Shown in pieces: positions 38,841-48,258 of a DNA stretch of 64,000 bases (positions within the stretch are counted from its first letter, which is position 1; the number at the start of each line of letters is the position of its first letter). The stretch comes from Candidatus Latescibacterota bacterium (GTDB lineage Bacteria; Latescibacterota; UBA2968; GCA-2709665). The position numbers and the translations under genes were made by a program. The DNA lies in contig OZ244937.1 in the NCBI GenBank assembly GCA_965222075.1, forward strand, positions 5,024,001 through 5,088,000, given 5' to 3'. Below the pieces are notes generated by a model. The model did no database searches. It saw only the letters and a program-made list of their open reading frames with translations, and had not been told where the DNA came from.

Positions 38841-41800
38841 ATGAACAACACCGTATGCAATGAGAATTTCGAGGCGACGGAAGGGCTGGCCCTGCTGTGG
38901 GAACTGACGTCGCAGCCGGACAATATCGTGTTCCACAGCCCGGACGCCGAACTGGAGGGGATGCAATATTTCGAATCGGAGTACCGCTGGCTGGCCGTGA
39001 TCGGCTCCAGCGGGACGATCACGGTTACCGTACCGCGCGCAGGAACTTTCTATCCGGCGGTTGTGGTCTACGACAGGCAGGGCAACCAGAAAGTGGTACG
39101 GAAGCCGGGCTTCGACAAGAAGACCGAACGGATCAGCATCGGGCGCAGGCCGGGGCAGGGCGGACTGTCCGTTGTATTGCCGTCCTATGAAATGAGCATC
39201 GATGGAAAGGTCGTCGGGCGATTTGCTTTAACGGAGGGGGACAACCGCCAGCGCCTCTTCTTTTTGAACCACCCCGTTGCGTTCAAAGGCGGAGAGCGGA
39301 TCACGATCCGGGTCGGCCCTGAGGAAGGCACGCACATTACCGAGGATATCCTGCTTCTGCGCACCCGGCCGCCCCTGCGCAAGCGCAATTTTGCGATCGA
39401 CAACGTGGAAACGGGTTTTGTCCTGCGGGATGGACAGGAGGCGATGCGGCTCACGTGGATCACTTCCTGGCCTGCGCGCTGCACCGTTCATTACGGGAGT
39501 GCTTCCGGGCGAATGAAGCGTGTGACGGAGCGCGAGGCGCTGGCAAATCACCGGGTGTACCTGACGGGCCTGGAGCCGGGGGCGGCCTATCGGTTCCGGA
39601 TTCACGCACCCGGGCCGGATGGGAGCGAAATGACGAGTGAGGAGAAGGGGTTCACATTCTCAGCGCCCGGTCCGGTTCAGGGTACGGCAGTCCGTACGAA
39701 GGTTGCCCTGCGTGTGGAGAACCCGTACGGTTTTCCCGTTGAGGGATGCCCCGTTACTTCAGGGGTGCCCTTTGCGAAGGGCGACCTTGGAGATGTGCGG
39801 CGCATGCGGCTGCTGGGGCCGGGGGGCAGGGCGGTGCCGATGCAGGCGGTGGTGACGGGGCGATGGGACGATGGGAGCGTGAAGTGGGCGCTGGTGAGCT
39901 TTAAGGCCGATGCGCGCGCCGGGCGTGCGGGCAGGTACACCCTGGAGTACGGGAAGGTGGTGTCTGGCCGGGCGAGGGGGACGTCCCCTGTTGTGGAGGA
40001 AGACGGCGACAGGCTGAGGGTTAGCACGGGGCCGCTGGAGGCCGTATTTGACCGGAGGAAGTCGGGCTTTCCGGTGGGCATTTCCCTGAATGGCCGCAAG
40101 GTGTTGGGAGGGGTGATGGAAGCCTGCATACAGGACGGTGAGGGAAGGGCCTACACGTCGAACGGTCCTGCGGAGATTCTTGAGGTGGAAGAGGCCGGGC
40201 CGGTGCGTGTGGTCGTGCGCAGCGCCGGACACCATCGGTCGGCATCCCGGAAGTCCTTCTTTGCGTACGAGGCGCGCTTCGTGTTTTATGCGGGTTCGCC
40301 CATGGTCCGGGTCTACTACAGCTGGGGAAACGACCGTGAAGCGCTGTTCAGCCACTTCAGGCGCGCGTGCGTGCGGGTGCCGCTGGCGGGCGGCGGACCT
40401 CCGCGATGGTCGGTGGGGCTGGGCGAAGGGGAGCGGGCGGACGGCGAAGGAGACCTTGAGCTCAGGCAGCTCAGGCACGACGCGTTTGCGCTCGACCCGG
40501 TCCGGGAGGGCAGCCTGCGGCGGGCGGATGGATGGCTGGAGGCGACACGACGGAATGCAGGGCTGACGCTGGCGGTGCGCGACTTCTGGCAGCTGTATCC
40601 CCGGTCGCTGGGCGTGCGTGAGGGCTGTGTAGAGGCCGGCGTAAGCGCGGGCTTCCCGGAAGGCTTTTACGATGGCGCGGATATGAAGGAGGCGGTAAAC
40701 TACTATTTCTACCTCCCGGGAGGGGCGTACAAGATTAAGCGGGGGATCAAGAAGTGGCACGAACTGGGGCTGTACTTTCACGACGGGAGCCCGGACGACA
40801 CCGACCGGCTGCGGGCGGTGTCTGTTTTCAACGAGCCGTTGATCGCCACCTGCCCCCCCGAGCGATATTGCGGCACGCGCGTGTTCGGGCCTCTTCTGCC
40901 TTCAACCGATGGTCGCACGGCCTGGTACGACGAGGCCTGCGAAAAGGGCGTCGCCGCGGTCTACGAGGCGCGGTGCGAGGCGGAGGGATGGTACGGCATG
41001 CTCAACTTCGGAGACGCGCTGGGCGATGAGAACGTGACCTGGCTCAACGGGGAGTACGACCACCACCACGCCTTTCTGCTCCAGTACGCCCGCACCGGCC
41101 AGCGGAGGTGGTATTTTCTGGCGGAGAAGGCAGCCCGGCACGCCATTGACGTGGACACGTGCCACTACGGCCCCGACAAAGGGGTGGAGTGGGCCCATTC
41201 CCTGGGGCATACGGGTGACTACCTGGACCACGACCCTCTGGATTCGAACAATATTCCGGGGGGGATGGTTACGCCGAGCCATTCGTGGGTCGAAGGCTTT
41301 TCAGACTGGCACTTTCTGAGCGGAGATCCGACAGCCCTTGAAAACGCCGGGCTGGTGGGGGACTACTATGCCGGAGCCTATCTGAACAACTACGATTTCG
41401 AAAACCTCCGGGATATTGGATGGCACCTGATCCTGACGATGGGTGCGTACAATCTTACCGGGGACCCATTCTATCTCAACACGGCACGGATTATTGTGGA
41501 ACGGGCCCTGGAGCGGCAGACTCCGGGCCCGCGGGGTTGGCACCGTCAGATGATCCCGGCCCACTGCTATTGTACGCCTCGCCATCGCGGCGCCTGCGTC
41601 TATATGCTGGCCATCCTGTGCCGGGGCCTGGAGACCTACCTGGATGCCACCGGCGACCCGCGCCTGGTGGATGCCATCGTGGGGGGCGCCGAACAGTGTG
41701 TGGACGAGATGTGGGTGGAGAGAACGAACTCGTTCATAGGGACGTCCTGTCCCGCAGGGCGCGAGTCCGGTACAGACCTGCCCCTGGGTGTGGCCGATAA

Positions 41801-42029
41801 GAGAAATCCGGAACGCGTCGAATACCATCCGCTGTTTATGGGCATTCCGTGTCAGACGCTCCTGTTCGCCCACCTCCATGCGGGCCGACCCGAATATGTT
41901 GAGACCGTCAGGAGGAATATGGCAGCCTGCTTCGGTTACGGGTATCCCAGTGTCGCTTCTTTTCCCTGGTGGTCGAAGGTGCTCTACTATCTGAACGAGG
42001 TTGACCCGGAGAGTCTGGGCAGGCCTTAG
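38841..42029 (+). CDS. Large polysaccharide lyase-like protein (PcRGLX/YetA-like) with FN3-like N-region
   Basis: TSGVPFAKG..WDDGSVKW, EAGPVR, RDFWQLYP, YGMLNFGD..WLNGEYD, HAIDVD. Confidence 0.65.
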   Translation: MNNTVCNENFEATEGLALLWELTSQPDNIVFHSPDAELEGMQYFESEYRWLAVIGSSGTITVTVPRAGTFYPAVVVYDRQGNQKVVRKPGFDKKTERISIGRRPGQGGLSVVLPSYEMSIDGKVVGRFALTEGDNRQRLFFLNHPVAFKGGERITIRVGPEEGTHITEDILLLRTRPPLRKRNFAIDNVETGFVLRDGQEAMRLTWITSWPARCTVHYGSASGRMKRVTEREALANHRVYLTGLEPGAAYRFRIHAPGPDGSEMTSEEKGFTFSAPGPVQGTAVRTKVALRVENPYGFPVEGCPVTSGVPFAKGDLGDVRRMRLLGPGGRAVPMQAVVTGRWDDGSVKWALVSFKADARAGRAGRYTLEYGKVVSGRARGTSPVVEEDGDRLRVSTGPLEAVFDRRKSGFPVGISLNGRKVLGGVMEACIQDGEGRAYTSNGPAEILEVEEAGPVRVVVRSAGHHRSASRKSFFAYEARFVFYAGSPMVRVYYSWGNDREALFSHFRRACVRVPLAGGGPPRWSVGLGEGERADGEGDLELRQLRHDAFALDPVREGSLRRADGWLEATRRNAGLTLAVRDFWQLYPRSLGVREGCVEAGVSAGFPEGFYDGADMKEAVNYYFYLPGGAYKIKRGIKKWHELGLYFHDGSPDDTDRLRAVSVFNEPLIATCPPERYCGTRVFGPLLPSTDGRTAWYDEACEKGVAAVYEARCEAEGWYGMLNFGDALGDENVTWLNGEYDHHHAFLLQYARTGQRRWYFLAEKAARHAIDVDTCHYGPDKGVEWAHSLGHTGDYLDHDPLDSNNIPGGMVTPSHSWVEGFSDWHFLSGDPTALENAGLVGDYYAGAYLNNYDFENLRDIGWHLILTMGAYNLTGDPFYLNTARIIVERALERQTPGPRGWHRQMIPAHCYCTPRHRGACVYMLAILCRGLETYLDATGDPRLVDAIVGGAEQCVDEMWVERTNSFIGTSCPAGRESGTDLPLGVADKRNPERVEYHPLFMGIPCQTLLFAHLHAGRPEYVETVRRNMAACFGYGYPSVASFPWWSKVLYYLNEVDPESLGRP

Positions 42030-42395
42030 AGCTGTTGCTTGGAAAATAGGCTTTGGGTCTCCGTCATCCGAAACCCCTCCACACCCTTCCCATGCCTTCG
42101 GCGAGGCCTTTTTCTTGCGCGCCCAAGAAAAAGGCCGAAAAAGAAGGGCGCCGCTCAAGCGCCGCGGGGGCTGCTTTTCCGCGAATAGCCCCTGGGGTGG
42201 AAACGGAAGCTTCTGCCCTGCGGACCTTTGGGGCGTTTCTGTGCGATGGTGCTGGACGGAACCGCGCGGAAAAGCCCCTTCCCCCCGCACCAGACCGGGG
42301 GAAGTCGCAGAAGCCGAGCCGACAGGCGACGGCTGATGCGGTGGGGGGATCGCAGAGGCGAGATGCGTGAACGGAAATTTTAAAACAGCTTCTAA
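42026..42395. mobile_element. Candidate non-autonomous MITE-like insertion
   Basis: Imperfect terminal inverted repeat TTAGAGCTGTT/AACAGCTTCTAA; internal palindrome at 42105-42136; right-end 18-mer recurs at 29106-29123. Confidence 0.5.
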
Positions 42396-42407
42396 GGAGG
42401 TCCGACC

Positions 42408-43193
42408 ATGCAACGGAGTGCGGAAGAACACCGTCAGGAGTTCCGGGAACTCGGGTACACGGTGTTCAAGGGGGTTTTGACCCGGGAGGAGATTGCGTAC
42501 GGTTCGCGTTTGTTCGACGAGGTCATTACACTCGATACCAGCCCTCCGGTGGTTGTGCACGACAGCTCCAGCCGCCGGCAGCTGAGTGTGGAATATTGCG
42601 AACCCCGGTTGGCGCAATTCGGCGGAAGCCCGGGGGTTCTCAAAGTGGTGGGTATGATGATGGACAGGCCTTTCCGGCTGCTTTCCTCTCCGATTCCAAC
42701 CATCACGTTTCCCGGTAAGGCCGGCGGTTTGCGGGGTCGAGACTGGCAGGGACATGTGGACTGGTGGCGCGTGATTCCCCGGGAATTCTGGGAATCCTAT
42801 TTCAACTGCTTTCTGCACTTCACGACGGTCGAGCCGGGCGGCGGCGCATTCGCGGCTGTTCCCGGCAGCCATCATCTGGTCCGGAAAAATCTGTCCGACC
42901 CCGATATGGCCGAGCGCATGTTCCGCCAGGAGTTTCAGGACTTTCCGGGTCTGGGATCTGAAACAGAGGTTCTGGTCCAGGCGGGCGGTATGATCGTCTG
43001 GCATCCCTATCTGGTGCACGGACCCACTGACAACCAGCACTTAAGGGCTCGAAAAGTACTCGCCGTATATTTTATGCCGATTCTGGACGGAGCGGCCGAA
43101 CAGAGGGCAAGGGAGGGAATCCCCAGGGATTTCCACCAGGGCCATCTGGCTGCTATGGACCGGGACTTCAAGCAGCTCTGCGGACTGGCATAG
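42408..43193 (+). CDS. PhyH-family Fe(II)/2OG dioxygenase
   Basis: FRELGYTVFKGVL, GHVDWW, VPGSHH, AGGMIVWHPYLVHG. Confidence 0.87.
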   Translation: MQRSAEEHRQEFRELGYTVFKGVLTREEIAYGSRLFDEVITLDTSPPVVVHDSSSRRQLSVEYCEPRLAQFGGSPGVLKVVGMMMDRPFRLLSSPIPTITFPGKAGGLRGRDWQGHVDWWRVIPREFWESYFNCFLHFTTVEPGGGAFAAVPGSHHLVRKNLSDPDMAERMFRQEFQDFPGLGSETEVLVQAGGMIVWHPYLVHGPTDNQHLRARKVLAVYFMPILDGAAEQRAREGIPRDFHQGHLAAMDRDFKQLCGLA

Positions 43194-43220
43194 GGATGGA
43201 TGACCCAAAGGGGTTGTGAC

Positions 43221-45086
43221 ATGATACAGTGGATGGTTATCGGATGGTCGCTGGTGTTCGTGCTCACGGTTGCCCTGCCGTTAAAGGCATACGGCCAGGC
43301 GATCCCCAAGAAGCTGGTTAAGCTGGGGTGGGACTTAAGGCCTCCGAGCTATGTGGCGGAACATATTCGAGAGATGGAGAAACGGCCTTTCGACGGCATT
43401 TTGATCCGTCCGACCTTCGGCCATACGTTTTATATGGTGGACCTCACCGAAGCGGCCGCAGCCGCAGAGATCGAGGCGATGGGAAATATCGAGTGGGAGA
43501 AGTTCACTGACAACTTCATTTACTTCCACTGCGACGACAATGTGGACTGGTTCGACGATGCGCTCTGGGGCGAGGACAGTCCCTTTTTACGCAATATCGG
43601 CTGGTGCGCGAAAGCCGCGCGGGTGGGGCGCTGCGTGGGTCTCGCCTTCGATCCGGAGTTCGTGTACTGGGGGCGGCCGTATGGCGCCTGGAAGTATGAG
43701 TGGCAGAAGCACAGGGAGGAGAAGAGCTTCGCCGAGTACGAGCGGATCGTGCGGAAGCGGGGCGCGCAGTATATGGACCGGATCGAGGAGGAGTTTCCCG
43801 ATCCGGTGATTCTCACCCTCTTCTGGACTTCGATGCCTCGTTTCCAGGAGGCTGCAAAGGAGACCGATCCTGCCAAACGGGAAGCGATCCTCAAGGCGGA
43901 CTACTATGGCCTGCTGCCCGCTTTTATGAACGGGATGCTCGAGGCCGCCGATGCCGGGACCGTGATCGTGGACGGGGATGAGCACTCCTATTATTACAAC
44001 CGGGAGTTGCACTATTTCCAGACCTATCACAGCATCCACCAGACCGGGCAGGCGCTGATTCCGCAGGAGTTGCGCAGCAAGTACCGCCGGCAGGTTCAGT
44101 GCGGGCACGCGGTTTACCTGGACTATCTGTGCGGCACCATGGCCACCCATACCGAAGCGACCTACATCACGCCCGAGGAACGGGCGAGGTGGGTGGAGCA
44201 CAATGCCTACTGGGCGCTGATGAGCAGCGATCGGTACGTCTGGGTCTACGGCGAGCGCATGAACTGGTGGAATGGCTGGAACCTGCCGGACTATCTGGAA
44301 GGCGCCCTCCGGTCCGCAAAAGAGAAGGTCACGCAGGGCAGACCGCTGGGGTTCGATGTGGAGGAGATTGCCAGAAAGGGACAGCGCGGGAGGGCCGAGG
44401 CCGAGAACCGGCCGATCGAACCGAAGACGGCGAGGATTCCGCGTCTGCGCGGCTCCGCACCGGTTATCGACGGGGTTCTGGCTGACGAGGCGTGGAGAGA
44501 GGCCGGGTCTTCGGGGCCTTTTGTCAACTATGTCGCAGCACGGGTGAAGGAGCTGGAGACGGTTACGGAGGCGCACATGGCTTACGATGACAGGGCGCTC
44601 TACATTGCCTTCGGCTGTGAGGAATCCGAGATGGACAGGACCCACCCCGCGATGTTTACCGAGCTGGGCGGGAGGGCCGATCAGGTGGAGGTGGCCATCG
44701 CCGCTGATGAGGAGGCAACGGCCTACTACCATATCCGGCTGGATATTGCGAATGCGCGCTGGGACTCGCGGACCGAGACCGGACGGAAGGAACACGGCAG
44801 CGATATCGCCACCGGGAGGGAGATCTACGGGAAGGATTCCACGTGGAAAGGGGCCTATCAAACCGCTACGCAGAAGGGCAAGGATCACTGGTCGGCCGAG
44901 ATCGCCATTCCCTGGGCGACGCTGGGGATGTCGCCACCAAAATCCGGTGACCGGCTCAAGGGCAACCTGCACCGCTGGACCCACCGACGCCCCGCAACCG
45001 GCGTGACCGAGTTCAGCGTGTGGACGGAGACGCGCTACAACCGGGGCGTGGAGTTCGAGCACTTCGGGACGTGGGGGTTTGAATAG
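43221..45086 (+). CDS. Exported hypothetical protein with C-terminal CBM9-like domain
   Basis: Signal peptide; APVIDGVLADEAW, MAYDDRALYIAF, WSAEIAIPWATLG. Confidence 0.75.
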   Translation: MIQWMVIGWSLVFVLTVALPLKAYGQAIPKKLVKLGWDLRPPSYVAEHIREMEKRPFDGILIRPTFGHTFYMVDLTEAAAAAEIEAMGNIEWEKFTDNFIYFHCDDNVDWFDDALWGEDSPFLRNIGWCAKAARVGRCVGLAFDPEFVYWGRPYGAWKYEWQKHREEKSFAEYERIVRKRGAQYMDRIEEEFPDPVILTLFWTSMPRFQEAAKETDPAKREAILKADYYGLLPAFMNGMLEAADAGTVIVDGDEHSYYYNRELHYFQTYHSIHQTGQALIPQELRSKYRRQVQCGHAVYLDYLCGTMATHTEATYITPEERARWVEHNAYWALMSSDRYVWVYGERMNWWNGWNLPDYLEGALRSAKEKVTQGRPLGFDVEEIARKGQRGRAEAENRPIEPKTARIPRLRGSAPVIDGVLADEAWREAGSSGPFVNYVAARVKELETVTEAHMAYDDRALYIAFGCEESEMDRTHPAMFTELGGRADQVEVAIAADEEATAYYHIRLDIANARWDSRTETGRKEHGSDIATGREIYGKDSTWKGAYQTATQKGKDHWSAEIAIPWATLGMSPPKSGDRLKGNLHRWTHRRPATGVTEFSVWTETRYNRGVEFEHFGTWGFE

Positions 45087-45095
45087 GAGGCGATT

Positions 45096-46037
45096 TTGGA
45101 GCAACCGAAGACCGGAAAGCCGGACACGACCTCGCAGACTCACATTCTGTTCTTAGACCTGCTCGAGGTTGAGGACACACACAACGTGGAGGTTGTTGTG
45201 AACCCGGCGGAAAAGTGTTCCGCCAACCCCGTGCTTCCTCTGGGTGACGTGGGCGAGTGGGATTTCCGTCGTGCTTCGAACTGGGGCGGGACTACGATTT
45301 TCGATGAAGACGAGAAGATCTTCAAGATGTGGTATATCGGACAGGGGGTTGAGAACGACGACTTCGGGCAGGGAGGCGATTTTGACGTGAGGAAGGAGGA
45401 CCCCCGGGTGCCCGAGCCCAAGACGGGCGCCTTTGTGGGGGACATCCGGCTGGCCGTAAACCGCGACGGGGTGGGAAAGTTTCGGAGGGTGAACATGCAC
45501 CAGCCGGTTGTGGCGCGTGGGGAGAAGGGGGCGTGGGACAGCGCGTCGCTGGTGACGTCCGCCCCTATCGTGCATGGGGATACGATTTACATTTTCTACA
45601 GCGCCGTGGACGAGTCGGGAGGCGCCTCCCCGAACGCCTGGCTGGAAAACATCCCCTGCCCGATCCGTACGGGCCTGGCCACACTGAGGCTGGACGGGTT
45701 TACCTGCTTGCAGAGCCGGGACCGGCTCACCCCCGCGACGGTGACCACGGTTCCGATCAGTGTAAAGGGTCCGAAAGAGGCGAAGCTTATTCTCAACGCT
45801 TCGGACTTTGTTCCCTACCGTGACTGGATCGAAGTGGAGGTCCTGGACGCCGGGACCGGCAGTCCGGTGGCAGGATACGGGAGGGAGGATTGCACGGATG
45901 TTGTTCGGGAAGGCATCCGCATTCCGGTGGCATGGGGTGAGAGGGATACCCTGGAGGGCGTTACGTCAGAGGAGATCCAGCTCCGGTTTACCCTGTACGG
46001 GAGGGTCAGGCTGTATTCATTCACCTTCACTTCATAA
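45096..46037 (+). pseudogene. Internally shortened beta-propeller GH-like protein
   Basis: N- and C-terminal motifs (NPVL..WD, FKMWY, GLATLRLDGF, LILNA, RLYSF) resemble 11039-12400, but it is only 313 aa and central blades appear missing. Confidence 0.55.
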
Positions 46038-46200
46038 CGGAGGACCTGGAAGTGGCGAAAGATATTCCAGATGCTGGACTCACATTGTTCCGGTAGAATG
46101 GGGTGAGAGGGATACCCTTGAGGGCGTTACGTCAGAGGAGATCCAGCTCCGGTTTACCCTGTACGGGAGGGTCAGGCTGTATTCATTCACCTTCACTTCA
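45922..46200 (+). repeat. 113 bp direct duplication (45922-46034 and 46088-46200)
   Basis: Near-identical copies, about 3 mismatches, encoding VxWGERDTLEG..RLYSFTFTS. Confidence 0.92.
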
Positions 46201-47113
46201 TTCAGAGAGGGCGTCGTCTTAGGCGACGGCGGGATGATTATCGAGGCGAGACGGCGCGGCTATGATACCCCGCAGATCGTTGCGGAGCACCCGGATGCGC
46301 TGCGGCAGATCCACGCGGATTTCTTCCAGGCCGGATCGCAGGTGCTGCAGGCGCTTACCTGGTGGACCAGCGGCTTTCAACTGGAGTTCGGGTTCAGCTG
46401 GGGGGACCGGCTGGATGAGATCAACCGGACGGCTGTGGAATGCGCCAGAGAGGCGTCGGGGGGTGAGGCGCCGGTGGCGGGGTGTTTGATGTCTACGATG
46501 GCGCGTGTGCCGACCAGTGAAGGCGAGCTGATCAGTACGCCGATTTTCATTCCTGATGATCCATCCTCCCACGACAGGGCGAAGGCGGTGTTCGACGAGC
46601 ACATCGCCGCGCTGGTGGGTGCGGGGGTGGACCTGCTGATTCCGGAGACTTTTCCCTCGCTGGAGGAGGCCCGGCTGTGTCTGGCGTGCTGCAAGAAGAC
46701 GGACGTTCCCACCATGGTGCTCCTGGGCACCGGCAAGCATGGATGGGACAGACGACGGCGTTTCCCATTCTGAGGCCGCCCGCATACTGGTGGACGAGGG
46801 GGCCGACATCGTGGGGCTGGTGTGCAATGCCGATCCTCCGACGATGTGGCCGACAATCCTGGAGATCCGGCAGGCGGTAGACGCACCGATCGCCTTCCAG
46901 CCGAAGGGTTACCGCACCGGTCACAACTGGAGCAAGGTTGAAGAGGGCGCGGAGGTGCCCGGGTCGAAGATGGCCGAGTACGCGCTGAAGGCGAGGGAGG
47001 AAGGGATCAATCTCGTCGGGGCGTGTTGTGGGGCCGGGCCGTCGCACATCCGGGCGATGGCGAGGGCGCTTCGAGGGGAAGAGGTCGCGCCATGGTCGGA
47101 GGAAAAGGAATAG
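46201..47113 (+). pseudogene. Homocysteine S-methyltransferase (BHMT-like), N-truncated and frameshifted near 46745
   Basis: VVLGDGG, QIHADFFQAGS, GVDLLIPETF in one frame; GADIVGLVC and GACCGAGPSHI in another. Confidence 0.8.
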
Positions 47114-47138
47114 GAATGGGATGAAGGAGGCATGGAGG

Positions 47139-48230
47139 ATGGCGTCTAAACCGTCGAACGGAAGCCCGGAATACGAGTGGATGCAGGTGACTGAGAAAGC
47201 CGCCTTCGCCCCGAGGGACGGCGCGGGTGCGCTCGTGTTCGGCGGCAGGATGTGGCTGCTGGGGGGGTGGAATCGGGTTGACAAGACGAATTTCCCGCGC
47301 GTCTGCAACAACGAGGTGTGGAGTTCGCAAGACGGCGCCGACTGGACGCTTGAGAAGCCAGGCACGTTCGGGAATGCGTCTTTCGATCCTGCCACTGATT
47401 GGGAAGGCAGGCATTGCGCAGGATATGCTGTTTTCCAGGACAGGATGTGGATCGTGGGAGGCGACACGAATCAGGGCCACTATCACTACGATGTCTGGAA
47501 CTCCGTCGATGGGAAGACCTGGAACCATGTGAATCAGGGCCACAGGGTCCCCTGGGGGCCAAGAGCCTTATATTATACCTGTGTTTTCAGGGATAGAATC
47601 TGGGTGCTCGGCGGACAGACCATGCCGAGCTTTGCGCCTGCGGGAGACCGTTTCTACGACGATGTGTGGAATACTCAGGATGGGATAGACTGGGAACGGG
47701 TCGTGCCGAGACAACCGTACTGGCCGCAGCGCGGCCTGATCGGGGGGAGCGTTGTTTTCCAGGACAGGATGTGGGTGCTGGGCGGTGGCACGTATGACAC
47801 TCCCGGACAGCCTGAACGAAAGTATTACAACGATGTGTGGAGTTCGGCGGATGGGGTGAACTGGGAATGCCACCTTGAGAACGCGCCCTGGTCACGACGC
47901 CAGTTCCACGAAACAGCCGTGTTTGACGACAGGATGTGGGTGATGGAAGGCGCCCTCTCGCCGGACTCGAAGGATATCCCGGACGCTTCGGATGTGGTGT
48001 CAAGGCACCCTGATCAGGCCGGATGGATCAGCCTGCAGAATTCGAATGATGTCTGGTACTCGGCCGATGGCGTCAACTGGTCCGAACTTCCCAATACCCC
48101 GTGGGCGCCTCGCCATGCCGCCAGCGTGTTCGTCTACGACAATGCCCTGTGGATGGTTGCCGGGAATAACATGGACAGTGATGTCTGGAAATTGGTCCGT
48201 GCCCGCCAGGACGGGGATTCCACGCGATAA
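47139..48230 (+). CDS. Kelch-like beta-propeller protein
   Basis: Repeats of VFQDRMW(I/V)(V/L)GG...DVWxSxDGxxW. Confidence 0.85.
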   Translation: MASKPSNGSPEYEWMQVTEKAAFAPRDGAGALVFGGRMWLLGGWNRVDKTNFPRVCNNEVWSSQDGADWTLEKPGTFGNASFDPATDWEGRHCAGYAVFQDRMWIVGGDTNQGHYHYDVWNSVDGKTWNHVNQGHRVPWGPRALYYTCVFRDRIWVLGGQTMPSFAPAGDRFYDDVWNTQDGIDWERVVPRQPYWPQRGLIGGSVVFQDRMWVLGGGTYDTPGQPERKYYNDVWSSADGVNWECHLENAPWSRRQFHETAVFDDRMWVMEGALSPDSKDIPDASDVVSRHPDQAGWISLQNSNDVWYSADGVNWSELPNTPWAPRHAASVFVYDNALWMVAGNNMDSDVWKLVRARQDGDSTR

Positions 48231-48258
48231 GAGGGTTGAGTTAGTAAGGAAGGGAGTG

